Assembly: GCA_965208675.1 (NCBI GenBank)
Contig: OZ242351.1
Location: forward strand, 1,184,001 to 1,248,000
Source: Candidatus Poribacteria bacterium
GTDB lineage: Bacteria; Poribacteria; WGA-4E; PCPOR2b
DNA: 64,000 bases
Direction of reading: 5' to 3'
Below the pieces are notes generated by a model. It saw only the letters and a program-made list of their open reading frames with translations. It made no database searches and was not told the DNA's origin. Within the stretch, counting starts at the first letter, position 1. Every line of letters starts with the position of its first letter. Shown piece after piece: positions 50,067-59,990 of the stretch. Both the position numbers and the translations under genes were made by a program.

Positions 50067-50912
50067 CTAGGCTCTTCGATCAATCCCTGCTTCAGCGAAT
50101 GCACGAGATAACACGCCATAAGAAAAATCCGATGCTAGGAACGGATCATAGTCCTTGCGGTCTTGTACCATCATACTTACTTCGGCGGTAATGAATCCGT
50201 CATAGCCGTGTGTTTGCATCGCATGTAGGTACGCTACAAAATCGAAATTTCCTTCCCCTGGAATGAGAAACTCAAAGTCCGGATAACGCCCACGCTGATC
50301 CTTGACATGAGCGTGGACAGAATGCGGTGCTAGGACTGAAACCGTTTCTTCGATGGTCATCCCGACGATGTCAAAGTGGCTGATATCGAAATTTACCTTG
50401 AGGTTTGGTGAATCTACTAGCTCCAGCAACTCAATCATTTTATCCGGCGTATCAATAATTGCGCCGACGTGCGGTTCCATCGCAATTGTCACACCATGCG
50501 ATTGTGCGTATTCAACGAGATCAGCTGTCCGTTCCACGAGTAACTGCTTCCGGTCTTCCCACTGTTCCGGTTTACCGCCCGGAGTCGTGTTAATAGCGGG
50601 AATCATATCTTCCTGCCCTAAATCCACCGCTAAATCTATAGCGCCCTTCAGTCTCCGCAAATTGCGTGTGTGCGCTTCGAAATCGGTTTCAAGCAAACTC
50701 GAATGCGCGGCAATTGCCGGCAACGCCAGATGATGCTTCCTTAACAAATTGGCAATCCGTTTACGTTTATCGCTGTCAAGCGCGCTCAATTCTGTCGTGT
50801 AACGCGGAATGACCGTCAGTTCAATACCGTCAAACCCAAGTTGTGCAATATGGCGTATTGCCGTTTCAACGGGCACGCTCGGCATTCCCCACGTACTATA
50901 ACCGAGTTTCAT
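50067..50912 (-). CDS. Sugar phosphate isomerase/epimerase (xylose isomerase-like TIM barrel)
   Basis: GFDGIEL, IAMEPH, NFDISH, HAHVKD, PGEG, ITAE. Confidence 0.9.
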   Translation of the reverse strand: MKLGYSTWGMPSVPVETAIRHIAQLGFDGIELTVIPRYTTELSALDSDKRKRIANLLRKHHLALPAIAAHSSLLETDFEAHTRNLRRLKGAIDLAVDLGQEDMIPAINTTPGGKPEQWEDRKQLLVERTADLVEYAQSHGVTIAMEPHVGAIIDTPDKMIELLELVDSPNLKVNFDISHFDIVGMTIEETVSVLAPHSVHAHVKDQRGRYPDFEFLIPGEGNFDFVAYLHAMQTHGYDGFITAEVSMMVQDRKDYDPFLASDFSYGVLSRAFAEAGIDRRA

Positions 50913-50931
50913 ACTTACGCTCCGTCATACG

Positions 50932-51717
50932 TTAGGGCCAAACCTGCGGGAAATACTGTCCCTTCAACAATTCCCCGTCCTCCACTTCTACGAACGGCTT
51001 CATTACGTGTTCACCGCTGGCATCGAACCGCGTTTCTTGCGTCATATAGTGTATCGCAATTGCCCGCCGCGGCCCCGCGCTAGTATTAGCGTGAGATGCG
51101 TGCCACGTCATCCCGTGGTGGTAGTGTACCTCTCCCATTCGCACAGGGCACCGCAATGCCTCCACTTTGCGCCCGTTGAATTCAGCAGGCAGGTCCTCAA
51201 ACGTGTCCAATTTTTGCTGGAGAAATTCAATCTGATCGCCCCAGCGGTACGAACCTGAAACCATACTCATGCAGCCATTGGATTCATCGACATCATCTAA
51301 AGCCGTCCAAGCAGTGACTTGTGTCTTCGGGTGCAGGATCGGCCACAGCGGTGCGTCTTGATGCCATCGATTAACGCCCCCTACTTCAGGAGGTTTGTAC
51401 TGAATCTGATCATGCCATACCCGCAGTTCGCTAGCCCGTGTCAACTGGGCAATCTCCTCGACAATCTTCCGATTACTCAACAGCGCCCGGAATACATCGC
51501 TCACCTCCCAAATATTGACAATTTGCCAGACTAACTTGTTTGGCGCGCTCGTCGCATTACGCTGCAAGAGAGGCTGCGCGGTATCGGCGTCATCTCTGTT
51601 ATCAATGACTCGCGTGAGCTCACGCCGCAACGCCTCCACCTGATCTCGATCCAACGCAAGTCCGCCATTGAGAAACCCCTTTGCGTCGAATTCCTCTACT
51701 TGTGATTCGGTCAACAT
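50932..51717 (-). CDS. Phytanoyl-CoA dioxygenase (PhyH) family protein
   Basis: WHQDAP, AWTALDDVDESNGCM, TWHASHAN..RRAIAIHY. Confidence 0.92.
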   Translation of the reverse strand: MLTESQVEEFDAKGFLNGGLALDRDQVEALRRELTRVIDNRDDADTAQPLLQRNATSAPNKLVWQIVNIWEVSDVFRALLSNRKIVEEIAQLTRASELRVWHDQIQYKPPEVGGVNRWHQDAPLWPILHPKTQVTAWTALDDVDESNGCMSMVSGSYRWGDQIEFLQQKLDTFEDLPAEFNGRKVEALRCPVRMGEVHYHHGMTWHASHANTSAGPRRAIAIHYMTQETRFDASGEHVMKPFVEVEDGELLKGQYFPQVWP

Positions 51718-51862
51718 CAGTGACTCCCTCCCATTCAGAATAATATGCTATCTACAGTTACACGATGTACCGAATGTGCAGTTAATGGCTTTTCAATAAG
51801 ATAAAGTGAATGTGAAAGCCGCACTTGCCTATAGATTAATCCCTGCGGTTTTGGGCAACACC

Positions 51863-53137
51863 TCACACACTTAGAATTCCCAAACTGTCGTTGATTTCTT
51901 GTTGATAAGATTTGACCTTCTCGCTGATTACTTCGTCCACCGAAACAGGATGTCCAATCTCATTGGATTCCAGCATCGCATAAGAGACAGCAACAGATCG
52001 CGTGCCATGCTCGGCATCCACTTCAACATCCCCTTCACCCAAGATGGATGCTGCAAAATTCCCGTATTCAATTGCGATGTTCTTTCGATCTGTTTCAGAA
52101 AATGGGAATTGGTAATGCCAAAGCCGATCTCCACCAAACAGACCGGCTGTTATTGTATCAAGATGAAAATCTGGAACTAGATTTAGCATTCTCTCGTCAT
52201 CGAAAACATCCTCTCCCTCAATGTTAAGAATTATAGTGCCCCCGCTCCGATCCTGCGGCAAAGTCATCGATCCTCGGGAGCCGTGAATGCGCCTCGTCCA
52301 TATACCCTGGCCATACCCGGCGTGATCTTCAACGTACTGTCCGACAACGCCGCTCTTGAACGTCAGTGTAGCGTAAGCGGCATCTTCTGCAGTGGCTTCA
52401 AATTCGGCTGGCATCTGTTTCTGCCATTGCTCATAAACGCGGCTGGGGTTATTTTTAGGGCTACCTCCTTTAGCCGCGGGGTTTTTGCGGGTGCGCTCGT
52501 GCAGTCTCGTTTCCGCATAGACCGTATCTATTTCGCCCAGCAAGTATTCCATCATGTCAGTGAAATGCACGCCGACATCAAGAAGTATCCCCCCTTGGTT
52601 CTTTTGGTGGCGCCACGCCGTGATTATCATCTGATCCCGGCCTCCAACGGAATGATGGATGAGAAAGCGTGGCTCCCCGATGACGCCAGCGTCCAGAAGT
52701 GCTTTTGCCAACCGGTTGATGGGATCGCGGCGGTAATTCTCCGCCACACTCAAAATTGCATTGTTGTTCTCTGCAGCACGCCAAATTATGTTGCACGCCC
52801 GGACTGTAACACCCATCGGCTTTTCAACCATGGTGTGCCACCCGCGATTCAGTGTTTCAACAACGAGCGTATGATGATATCGCGGCGTTGAGGTCACACT
52901 GACCGCTTCAACACCGATTGCAGCCAATTCATCCAAATCACTGACGACGGTCGGATGGGTGCCAAAATCTCTCGCAGCCTGATTCGCAAGGGATGCCGCG
53001 TTCTCTCGTACCGGATCGCATGCGCCAACTAGCTCAAAGCCTTCCCACCCGATACGTCGGAGTTCTGCAAGGCCGTACAGATGGCGGTGTCCCATACCCC
53101 CACAGCCAACAATTGCCAATCGAATCTGCCGACTCAC
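51863..53137 (-). CDS. Gfo/Idh/MocA family oxidoreductase
   Basis: IVGCGGMG, VEKPM, AENYRR, GGILLDVGVH; GTG start after GGAG. Confidence 0.92.
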   Translation of the reverse strand: MSRQIRLAIVGCGGMGHRHLYGLAELRRIGWEGFELVGACDPVRENAASLANQAARDFGTHPTVVSDLDELAAIGVEAVSVTSTPRYHHTLVVETLNRGWHTMVEKPMGVTVRACNIIWRAAENNNAILSVAENYRRDPINRLAKALLDAGVIGEPRFLIHHSVGGRDQMIITAWRHQKNQGGILLDVGVHFTDMMEYLLGEIDTVYAETRLHERTRKNPAAKGGSPKNNPSRVYEQWQKQMPAEFEATAEDAAYATLTFKSGVVGQYVEDHAGYGQGIWTRRIHGSRGSMTLPQDRSGGTIILNIEGEDVFDDERMLNLVPDFHLDTITAGLFGGDRLWHYQFPFSETDRKNIAIEYGNFAASILGEGDVEVDAEHGTRSVAVSYAMLESNEIGHPVSVDEVISEKVKSYQQEINDSLGILSV

Positions 53138-53496
53138 TATTACCTGTCTCCATAAAACGGAATTAATGATTTGGTTCGCCAATTATAGCGGTGTCATAGG
53201 TACATGTCAATGACAAAAGGATTCCAAATCTGTCGGCGTGCCGTTCCAACCGACAATCATCTTGCATTGCGTCTTTGGTTTTTGATAAAATCTATAAAAT
53301 TAACCCATTCGCACTCCAGAATGTAGTTGCTAGATTCATCGGGAGTCAATGGGCATGTTCAGACGCTACACCCATCGTAGGCAGGGCATCTTGCTTCGCG
53401 TTCGTGATGAAAAACCGTAATAAATCACCAAATCGTTAAACCGCGTTAATCCTAAAAAAAAAAATTGAACTGAACAATGCGAGAAAGTGTGATGAA

Positions 53497-54045
53497 ATGA
53501 AACGCGTGTGCGTATTCTGCGGATCCAGCATGGGAAGGAATCCGGTGTATGCTGAAGCCGCAAAGCAGTTAGGCAACGTCTTGGCAAACAGAAACCTAGG
53601 ACTCGTTTACGGCGGCGCGAATATAGGCATGATGGGTGTGCTTGCCAACGCCGCCATCGATGCTGGCGGGGAAGTGATTGGCGTCGTACCAACGATATTC
53701 GTCGAGAAGGAAATCGCCCATGCCGCACTTTCTGACTTGCGAATCGTTGACTCGATGCACGAACGAAAAGCGCTTATGGCAGAACTTTCTGATGCGTTTG
53801 TTGCTCTCCCTGGCGGATTCGGCACCCTCGACGAATTCTTCGAAATGGTTACGTGGACGCAACTTGGGCTGCACCATAAACCCTGCGGTGTTCTTAACGC
53901 GTGTGGGTATTACAGCAAATTGACGGATTTCTTAGATTATGCGGTTTCGGAGGGGTTCATTAAGCCGCGTCATGGTTCATTGATACACATTGACGAAAGT
54001 CCGGAGGCGTTGCTTGAGAATTTTGAAAAGTTTATGCACTATTGA
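53497..54045 (+). CDS. LOG family nucleotide 5'-monophosphate phosphoribohydrolase (TIGR00730)
   Basis: VCVFCGSS, LVYGG, MHERK, LPGGFGTLDE. Confidence 0.95.
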   Translation: MKRVCVFCGSSMGRNPVYAEAAKQLGNVLANRNLGLVYGGANIGMMGVLANAAIDAGGEVIGVVPTIFVEKEIAHAALSDLRIVDSMHERKALMAELSDAFVALPGGFGTLDEFFEMVTWTQLGLHHKPCGVLNACGYYSKLTDFLDYAVSEGFIKPRHGSLIHIDESPEALLENFEKFMHY

Positions 54046-55097
54046 CTTACTCACACGAATACTGCGAGGAGAGGATTATAAAAGCCGTAGTCTTTCAAGA
54101 AATTGGCAAATTATGCGTACAAGATAAACCGGTGCCGACGCTTTATACAGGCGACGTCCTAGTCAAGGTCAACCTTTGCGGTATCTGTGCATCAGACTTG
54201 GCAGCGCTCAACGGGGACATCACCGATTACTCACCGCCCGTCGTCATGGGGCATGAACTCGCAGGAATTGTCGTTGAAAGCCGACATCCCAACGCGACAG
54301 TAGGCGAAAACGTGACCGTGAATCCAATGCTGTCCTGTGGTAACTGTGATTATTGCCGGGCAGATTTGGACAAGTATTGCTCGCAAATTGAGGGAATCGG
54401 ACACGACATTGACGGCGGTTACGCTGAATACCTCCGGATGCCAAAACACGGAATTGATACAGGCAAACTCATCTCTGTACCAGATACGATTCCGCCGGAA
54501 GAGCTAATTTTTCTGGAGCCGTTAGGATGCTGTATCAATGCGATGCGCGAAACCATCTTCGATAAGAGCTTGGCAATCTTGGGGGCAGGCCCCATTGGTC
54601 TAATGTTCGTTAAACTAGCCAATAAGGCGGGATTGCGGACGTTTGTTCTTGAACCGCATGCGCATCGGCGGAGCGCCGCAAATGAATTAGGCGCAGACGC
54701 CGCTTTTGATATTACACCAGAGCAGGTCGAGGCGTTCATAGATAAGACTAACGGCGGCGTGAATACTGTTATCTCTGCGACTGTCAACAATCAGCGCGCG
54801 ATAAATCTCGCCTTCGCGGTTGTGCGGCGAGGAGGCTGTATAAATTTCTTTGGATTGGCACCAGGCGATCAGGAACTGCGGATTAACCTCGAACATTTTC
54901 ATTACTCAGGTCACAAACTAATGGCATCCTGGGCATTCTCCCGCTGGAGTTTGCGTGAAGCTAGTCGAATGATTGTTGATGGAACGATTGACATCAAGCC
55001 TTTGTTAACGCATAGATTTCCAATCGAAAAGGCTATTGAGGGGTTTGAAAACGCCCGGCAGCGGCACGGCGTGAAAACCGCAATGCACAGCGGATAA
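54042..55097 (+). CDS. Zinc-dependent (MDR) alcohol/polyol dehydrogenase
   Basis: GICASD, GHE, CxxCxxC..C, GAGPIG; start ambiguous (TTG 54042 or ATA 54078). Confidence 0.9.
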   Translation: MTYSHEYCEERIIKAVVFQEIGKLCVQDKPVPTLYTGDVLVKVNLCGICASDLAALNGDITDYSPPVVMGHELAGIVVESRHPNATVGENVTVNPMLSCGNCDYCRADLDKYCSQIEGIGHDIDGGYAEYLRMPKHGIDTGKLISVPDTIPPEELIFLEPLGCCINAMRETIFDKSLAILGAGPIGLMFVKLANKAGLRTFVLEPHAHRRSAANELGADAAFDITPEQVEAFIDKTNGGVNTVISATVNNQRAINLAFAVVRRGGCINFFGLAPGDQELRINLEHFHYSGHKLMASWAFSRWSLREASRMIVDGTIDIKPLLTHRFPIEKAIEGFENARQRHGVKTAMHSG

Positions 55098-55150
55098 ATA
55101 CTTGGGCGATGTTACTCCAAGCAACTTCTCCTACTTGATAACAAATCATC

Positions 55151-56071
55151 ATGAACACATTAAAGGCATACCTTGAACTCATTCGTTATCCCCTCTTCGC
55201 CATCCCGATCGTTGCAACGCTACCCGGCGCATTGATTGCTTCAGAGGGTGCGTGGAGTTGGCGTGTCGGACTAACGCTCCTTATTGCGATGCTCGGTTAC
55301 TTCGCAGGCATGATGAAGAACGACTATTTCCACCGCGATCAGGACTATATTGTAAATCCGAACCGCCCGATTCCGTCGCACCGTCTCACACCTCGCCAGG
55401 TAATGATTACCGCAAGCGGCATTTACATCATCTGCGTCATTTTGGGTTTCACGCTCCACATCAAAGCCGGACTTCTGGTGATTGCCCTAGTGATGATTTC
55501 GCATTCTTATAACGCCATCTTCAAGGAACGCGGAATACTGGGAAGCATTAGCCTTCCCATTGGCATCGGTCTCCTCAATATTTTTGGCGCGTTAGCCGTA
55601 AGCGGCGGCGTGCCGCGTTTGGTCTGGTATGCGTTCGCCGCGACAACGCTCTACGACTGCGGCACGCACATCACCACAACATTCAAGGACATAGAGCGTG
55701 ACAAAAAAATTGGCATTACCACCACCCCTTTACAATTGGGAATCAAACCTGCGCTTGTCATTTCCGGCGTGGCAACAATCCTCGCTTTTATTGCCGCCGC
55801 TCTGCCATACTGGATAGAAGGTGTTGGTTGGCATTATACGGTGTGGATTGTTTTTGCATTGATTGCAACAAGTATCACCCGTCTTCCGCTTTACCTGAAT
55901 CCGAATGAAAAGAACGGCTATCTTGCCCTTCAGGGTTCCATGATTGGCGCAGTTACGTTTTTCCCTTGCTTCGCTAGCATTCAGATTTCCCTCTGGGGTT
56001 CGGCGCTGTTAATCTTGCCCTTGCTGTTGGTGACCATGACGCTGCTGAAAGTGACCAAGCGGGAGGTCTAA
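55151..56071 (+). CDS. UbiA-superfamily prenyltransferase (DGGGP-synthase-like)
   Basis: About 8-9 TM segments; NDYFHRDQDYIVNPNRPIPS and KDIERDKKIGITTTP motifs. Confidence 0.88.
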   Translation: MNTLKAYLELIRYPLFAIPIVATLPGALIASEGAWSWRVGLTLLIAMLGYFAGMMKNDYFHRDQDYIVNPNRPIPSHRLTPRQVMITASGIYIICVILGFTLHIKAGLLVIALVMISHSYNAIFKERGILGSISLPIGIGLLNIFGALAVSGGVPRLVWYAFAATTLYDCGTHITTTFKDIERDKKIGITTTPLQLGIKPALVISGVATILAFIAAALPYWIEGVGWHYTVWIVFALIATSITRLPLYLNPNEKNGYLALQGSMIGAVTFFPCFASIQISLWGSALLILPLLLVTMTLLKVTKREV

Positions 56072-56179
56072 TTCGAAACCGGCTTCTTTCTCAAACCATT
56101 TCGACACTGCAGAAAAGTCAGTGTCTTTGCAATAGCCCAACTCCTTCACAGCCAAAAAGGTTTAAAACACAACTAAAAC

Positions 56180-57853
56180 ATGAAAAAGCTCGCCGAATCC
56201 GCCCTACATCGAGGTTCCGCCCATTTACTCAGGCAACAAAATTCAACAGGCAGCTTTGAAGGAAAGCTTTCCTCAAGCACATTTCCCACCTGCGCTTACG
56301 CTTGGGTAATGTTTGCTCAAAACCAACTGCCCGATCAAATGTTAATTGATTGGATCCTAAATAACCAGAACCCGGACGGAACATGGGGGCTTGATGCTGC
56401 CAATCAGCCAAATCGCGAAGCTACATTATTTGCGAAACTCATATTAAGTCAAGTTGCCAAGCAGAATCCAAATCCGCAGATTACAGAAGCCTTAAAGCGC
56501 ACCCCTGATTATCCTTTAGCGCTTGCATTGAACAAATTGGCTTATGCAGCATTCGGCGAGTACAACTGGGACAAGCTGACCATTCCAAGGCGTATGCTCC
56601 CTGTAATGACGCTGACAAAAAAGGTGCTAGCCAGATTCCCATCACTGCGGTCCTTCCTAAAACCCCCGAGGAACGTCCTCCCTCCCGTAGACCTCTTCAA
56701 TTCACCTATGTTTGGAAACCTATTTATCGCGGAGCAATATACACTCGTCGCTGTTTTTACCATGATTGAACTGAATACCCGGCGACGCCCAAAAGTAATC
56801 AAATCGCTTGTCAATTGGCTCAAGGTACACATGCTACCCGACAATAGTTGGTTTCGTGTAAATTACATAACTGCGCTATCCGTATTAGCCCTAGTGGAAC
56901 TTCAGAAAGTACAAGGCATTGACGAAGACACCCAGTTGATAATCGATCGAGGAATTTCCTGGCTTCAATCCACGCGAAATACCGATGGCGGGTGCCGTGA
57001 GGCCTTAAACCTTAACGTGTGGGATACCGCCCTTAGCATAATCTCGCTTCTAGAAATTAACGGCATCAACGGAAACAGCGCGATCCAAATTGCATGCAAA
57101 TGGTTAATCGAAAATCAGAACACGGATGGCGGTTGGGCGTTTTCTCGAATGCGCCCAAACGAAAACCTCCCGAGCGATGCTGACGACACGGCTTTAGCCA
57201 CGCTGGCATTAATCCAATCGAAAACGCCGCCGACTGCCGCAGCAATTCAAAACGGATTGAATTGGCTAACCGCGAACCAAACATCCGATGGATGCTGGAG
57301 TACATATCTTCCCGGTCAGGGCGATGTCGGGTGCGTAAGCATCACCGCACACGCAATCGAGGCATTGCACGAAGTACCCGGTACTGAAGCGCAGATTTCG
57401 CGGGCAACCCACTGGATTAAGGGTCAAATTTCATCTGACGGATATTGGACGGATTTATGGTTAGCCAAACGAACTTATGGGACAGCCTGTGCCGTTATTG
57501 CCTTAAACAAAGTGGGAATGAAGGACACGACGGAAGTTTCACGGGGAGTGCATTGGCTTGAATCCGTACAAAACAGCGACGGCGGGTGGGGAGAAGATAT
57601 GTTTGGTAACCGGAGGGATAGCACAATCGAACAAACGGCGTGGTGCACCCACGCGCTCCTACTCGCCAACCCTGGAAACCAAGCCGCCAAAAATGGGTTA
57701 AACCACCTCCTAAACCGCCAAAAATCGGACGGTTCCTGGGACGCGAGTTGCGTGGGCATCTACTGGGAAATCATCGGCGGCTACGCCGATCCGATTTACG
57801 CTTCCGTGTTTCCCCTGCGCGCACTGAATCAGTATTTGAAAGGTTCAAAATAG
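56180..57853 (+). CDS. Squalene-hopene-cyclase-like class II terpene cyclase
   Basis: NVWDTA, GGWAFS..PSDADDTA (DxDD), several QW repeats (QNTDGGW, QNSDGGWGE, QKSDGSW). Confidence 0.88.
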   Translation: MKKLAESALHRGSAHLLRQQNSTGSFEGKLSSSTFPTCAYAWVMFAQNQLPDQMLIDWILNNQNPDGTWGLDAANQPNREATLFAKLILSQVAKQNPNPQITEALKRTPDYPLALALNKLAYAAFGEYNWDKLTIPRRMLPVMTLTKKVLARFPSLRSFLKPPRNVLPPVDLFNSPMFGNLFIAEQYTLVAVFTMIELNTRRRPKVIKSLVNWLKVHMLPDNSWFRVNYITALSVLALVELQKVQGIDEDTQLIIDRGISWLQSTRNTDGGCREALNLNVWDTALSIISLLEINGINGNSAIQIACKWLIENQNTDGGWAFSRMRPNENLPSDADDTALATLALIQSKTPPTAAAIQNGLNWLTANQTSDGCWSTYLPGQGDVGCVSITAHAIEALHEVPGTEAQISRATHWIKGQISSDGYWTDLWLAKRTYGTACAVIALNKVGMKDTTEVSRGVHWLESVQNSDGGWGEDMFGNRRDSTIEQTAWCTHALLLANPGNQAAKNGLNHLLNRQKSDGSWDASCVGIYWEIIGGYADPIYASVFPLRALNQYLKGSK

Positions 57854-57918
57854 AAATAATCCGTACACGCTGCTAAAACTCACGTCGCACAAGGGCAATC
57901 ACCTCATGTCTGGCTAAA

Positions 57919-58590
57919 ATGATTTCTGTCATCATTCCAATTCTCAACGAAGCGAAAATCTTGGAACAGTCGCTCTCCCAACTCACTCAACAACTGCAAA
58001 GTCATCAGCTAATTATCGTCGACGGCGGCAGTTCAGATGGAAGTCTTTTCATTGCGAAAAAATTCGGACAAGCATTATCTTCTCCCCAAGGAAGAGCCAG
58101 TCAAATGAATGCCGGCGCTGCCGCTGCAAACGGAGACATTCTGCTGTTTTTGCATGCTGACGTTTGGCTGGAGTTCGGCGCAATCAACGGAGTCGAAACA
58201 GCAATCGCAACAGGATACGTGGGCGGTGCGTTTAAACAGCGCATCGAAGGCGGGCATATTCTATATCGCCTAATTGAGCGAGGTGCGAACTTTAGAGCAC
58301 AACGCCTACAGCTTTTTTACGGCGACGGAGGGATTTTTATACGTAAGCGCCACTTCTACCAAATCGGCGGCTTCCCCAATGTTCCTATCCTTGAAGAGAT
58401 GGAATTTTCTCGAAAACTCCGACACCTCGGTAAAACCACACTTGTTGAGCCAGGAATTCGAATCTCCTCCCGGCGCTGGAAGAAGAGCGGGATCGTTCGA
58501 ACGACCACCCTCAATTGGTTTATCACTGCGCTGTTTTCTCTGGGTGTATCCCCGGTCCGGCTCGCGAGATTGTATCGTCATATCCGTTAA
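57919..58590 (+). CDS. Glycosyltransferase family 2 (TIGR04283-like)
   Basis: ISVIIPILNE, VDGGSSD, GRASQMNAGA, LLFLHAD, SSRRW. Confidence 0.9.
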   Translation: MISVIIPILNEAKILEQSLSQLTQQLQSHQLIIVDGGSSDGSLFIAKKFGQALSSPQGRASQMNAGAAAANGDILLFLHADVWLEFGAINGVETAIATGYVGGAFKQRIEGGHILYRLIERGANFRAQRLQLFYGDGGIFIRKRHFYQIGGFPNVPILEEMEFSRKLRHLGKTTLVEPGIRISSRRWKKSGIVRTTTLNWFITALFSLGVSPVRLARLYRHIR

Positions 58591-58766
58591 TTGCGGAAAT
58601 TCACCCATCGCCATTAGCTCAAAGTCGAAATGCGTCAAACCCGATTGCATGGTACCACATCCACACCGGTAGTTACATAGTAAATGATCGTCCTTAAAAT
58701 CGCGCAAACAGACTCGAATTGAATTCCCTTCGTTGCCCTTGTACCGTCAGGTACTAACACACGATC

Positions 58767-59348
58767 TCATCTCTGATTCCGGTAGATTGTCACCTCCATA
58801 GCGTCCCGATTGACCCACGGCAAATCAATCTCAAACCAGTGGGTCTGACTTTCGTATAGAGAACGAACAAGATTCAGGTAATCCGCCATCTCTGACGCAC
58901 CGATCGCTACGTTGTCCGCAACCACCGTCGCACCATCAAGGAGACGCGATTCAATTGCCCGAAAAGAGGAGTAATATGCGCCGAAACTGTTGTCTAGCAG
59001 TAGAAAATCTATGTCGTCATTAACTACTTTCAGGACGTCTGCGGCATCCCCAATCCGCGAATCAACTTGCTCGCTGAAACCGGCGCGCGCGAAGTTCTCT
59101 TGGGCTTCATGGGCGCGGTCGGCATCAATCTCAACAGTGATTAGCCTGCCCTTGCCCATCGCTTGCAATCTCGACGCTATCCACAATCCGGAATAGCCGA
59201 TTGCGGTACCGCATTCTACAATTAGTGACGGTTTTACCTGCTCAATGAGGTCGGTGAGAAATTCAGCCTTTTCGCGTCCGAGCATAGGAATATGCCGCTG
59301 CCGGCATTGGCTATCCACTTTCTGCAACACCTGATCGAATTGGGTCAT
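58767..59348 (-). CDS. SAM-dependent O-methyltransferase
   Basis: VECGTAIGYSGLWIA, ITVEID, IGDA, VVADNV. Confidence 0.9.
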   Translation of the reverse strand: MTQFDQVLQKVDSQCRQRHIPMLGREKAEFLTDLIEQVKPSLIVECGTAIGYSGLWIASRLQAMGKGRLITVEIDADRAHEAQENFARAGFSEQVDSRIGDAADVLKVVNDDIDFLLLDNSFGAYYSSFRAIESRLLDGATVVADNVAIGASEMADYLNLVRSLYESQTHWFEIDLPWVNRDAMEVTIYRNQR

Positions 59349-59383
59349 CGGTTTATCCTTCCCTTACATGGGGTTCATTCGCT

Positions 59384-59408
59384 GTAGGGGCAACCCTTGC
59401 GGTTGCCC
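59384..59408 (+). repeat. GTAG-family REP palindrome
   Basis: GTAGGGGCAACCCTTGCGGTTGCCC. Confidence 0.7.
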
Positions 59409-59955
59409 TCATCGCCGCTCCAGTAGCCATAGCCACAGTCCCAGAGAGACCGAAGGTACATAGAAATTATAGCAACAGATCGACATCAAGCCCCAGAAGG
59501 GATCTTCGATCATCTAATCGACGATAGCCATTTCAGGTATATAGAATATTATCGCGCCACCCAGCCAGACTTCTTGTCGGCGTTGCTCATTCTCATGGTG
59601 TACATGCCAACTCACAAATCTCAATAAATTTAGCCATAGTTGACAGCTCTTCAGTGTACGCGGGTACTACATTCGCGCCAAAGCCCACGCATATCTGAAG
59701 CGTACTCTGAAATTCTCGTACCGCGGCCAATTTTGAAAGATGATAACATAGGTTTCGCAGATTGTGCATGCGAAAAATGACTCGTACAAATTCTATGCTC
59801 CGCTCCCCAATGTATCACTATTCGCACATGTTCTTACGAGAAAAGCCGCGCACGCCGTGACATAATCTCAAGACACGGTTGAGGTCGTGCTGATTAGAAC
59901 ATTAAACGGAATTCAGAATCGGCTTCCGAACCTCCAATTCCCGTAGCTTTTTGGC

Positions 59956-59984
59956 TTGACGATCTACATGGCGTTGTGTAGAAT
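59956..59984 (+). promoter_or_regulatory. Sigma70-type promoter
   Basis: TTGACG, 17-bp spacer, TAGAAT; ATG begins 6 nt downstream. Confidence 0.7.
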
Positions 59985-59990
59985 ATTACC

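Noticed and set aside
59410-59950. Long intergenic region as a possible ncRNA or pseudogene
   Set aside because: I could not find a convincing ORF, repeat or stable structure by eye.
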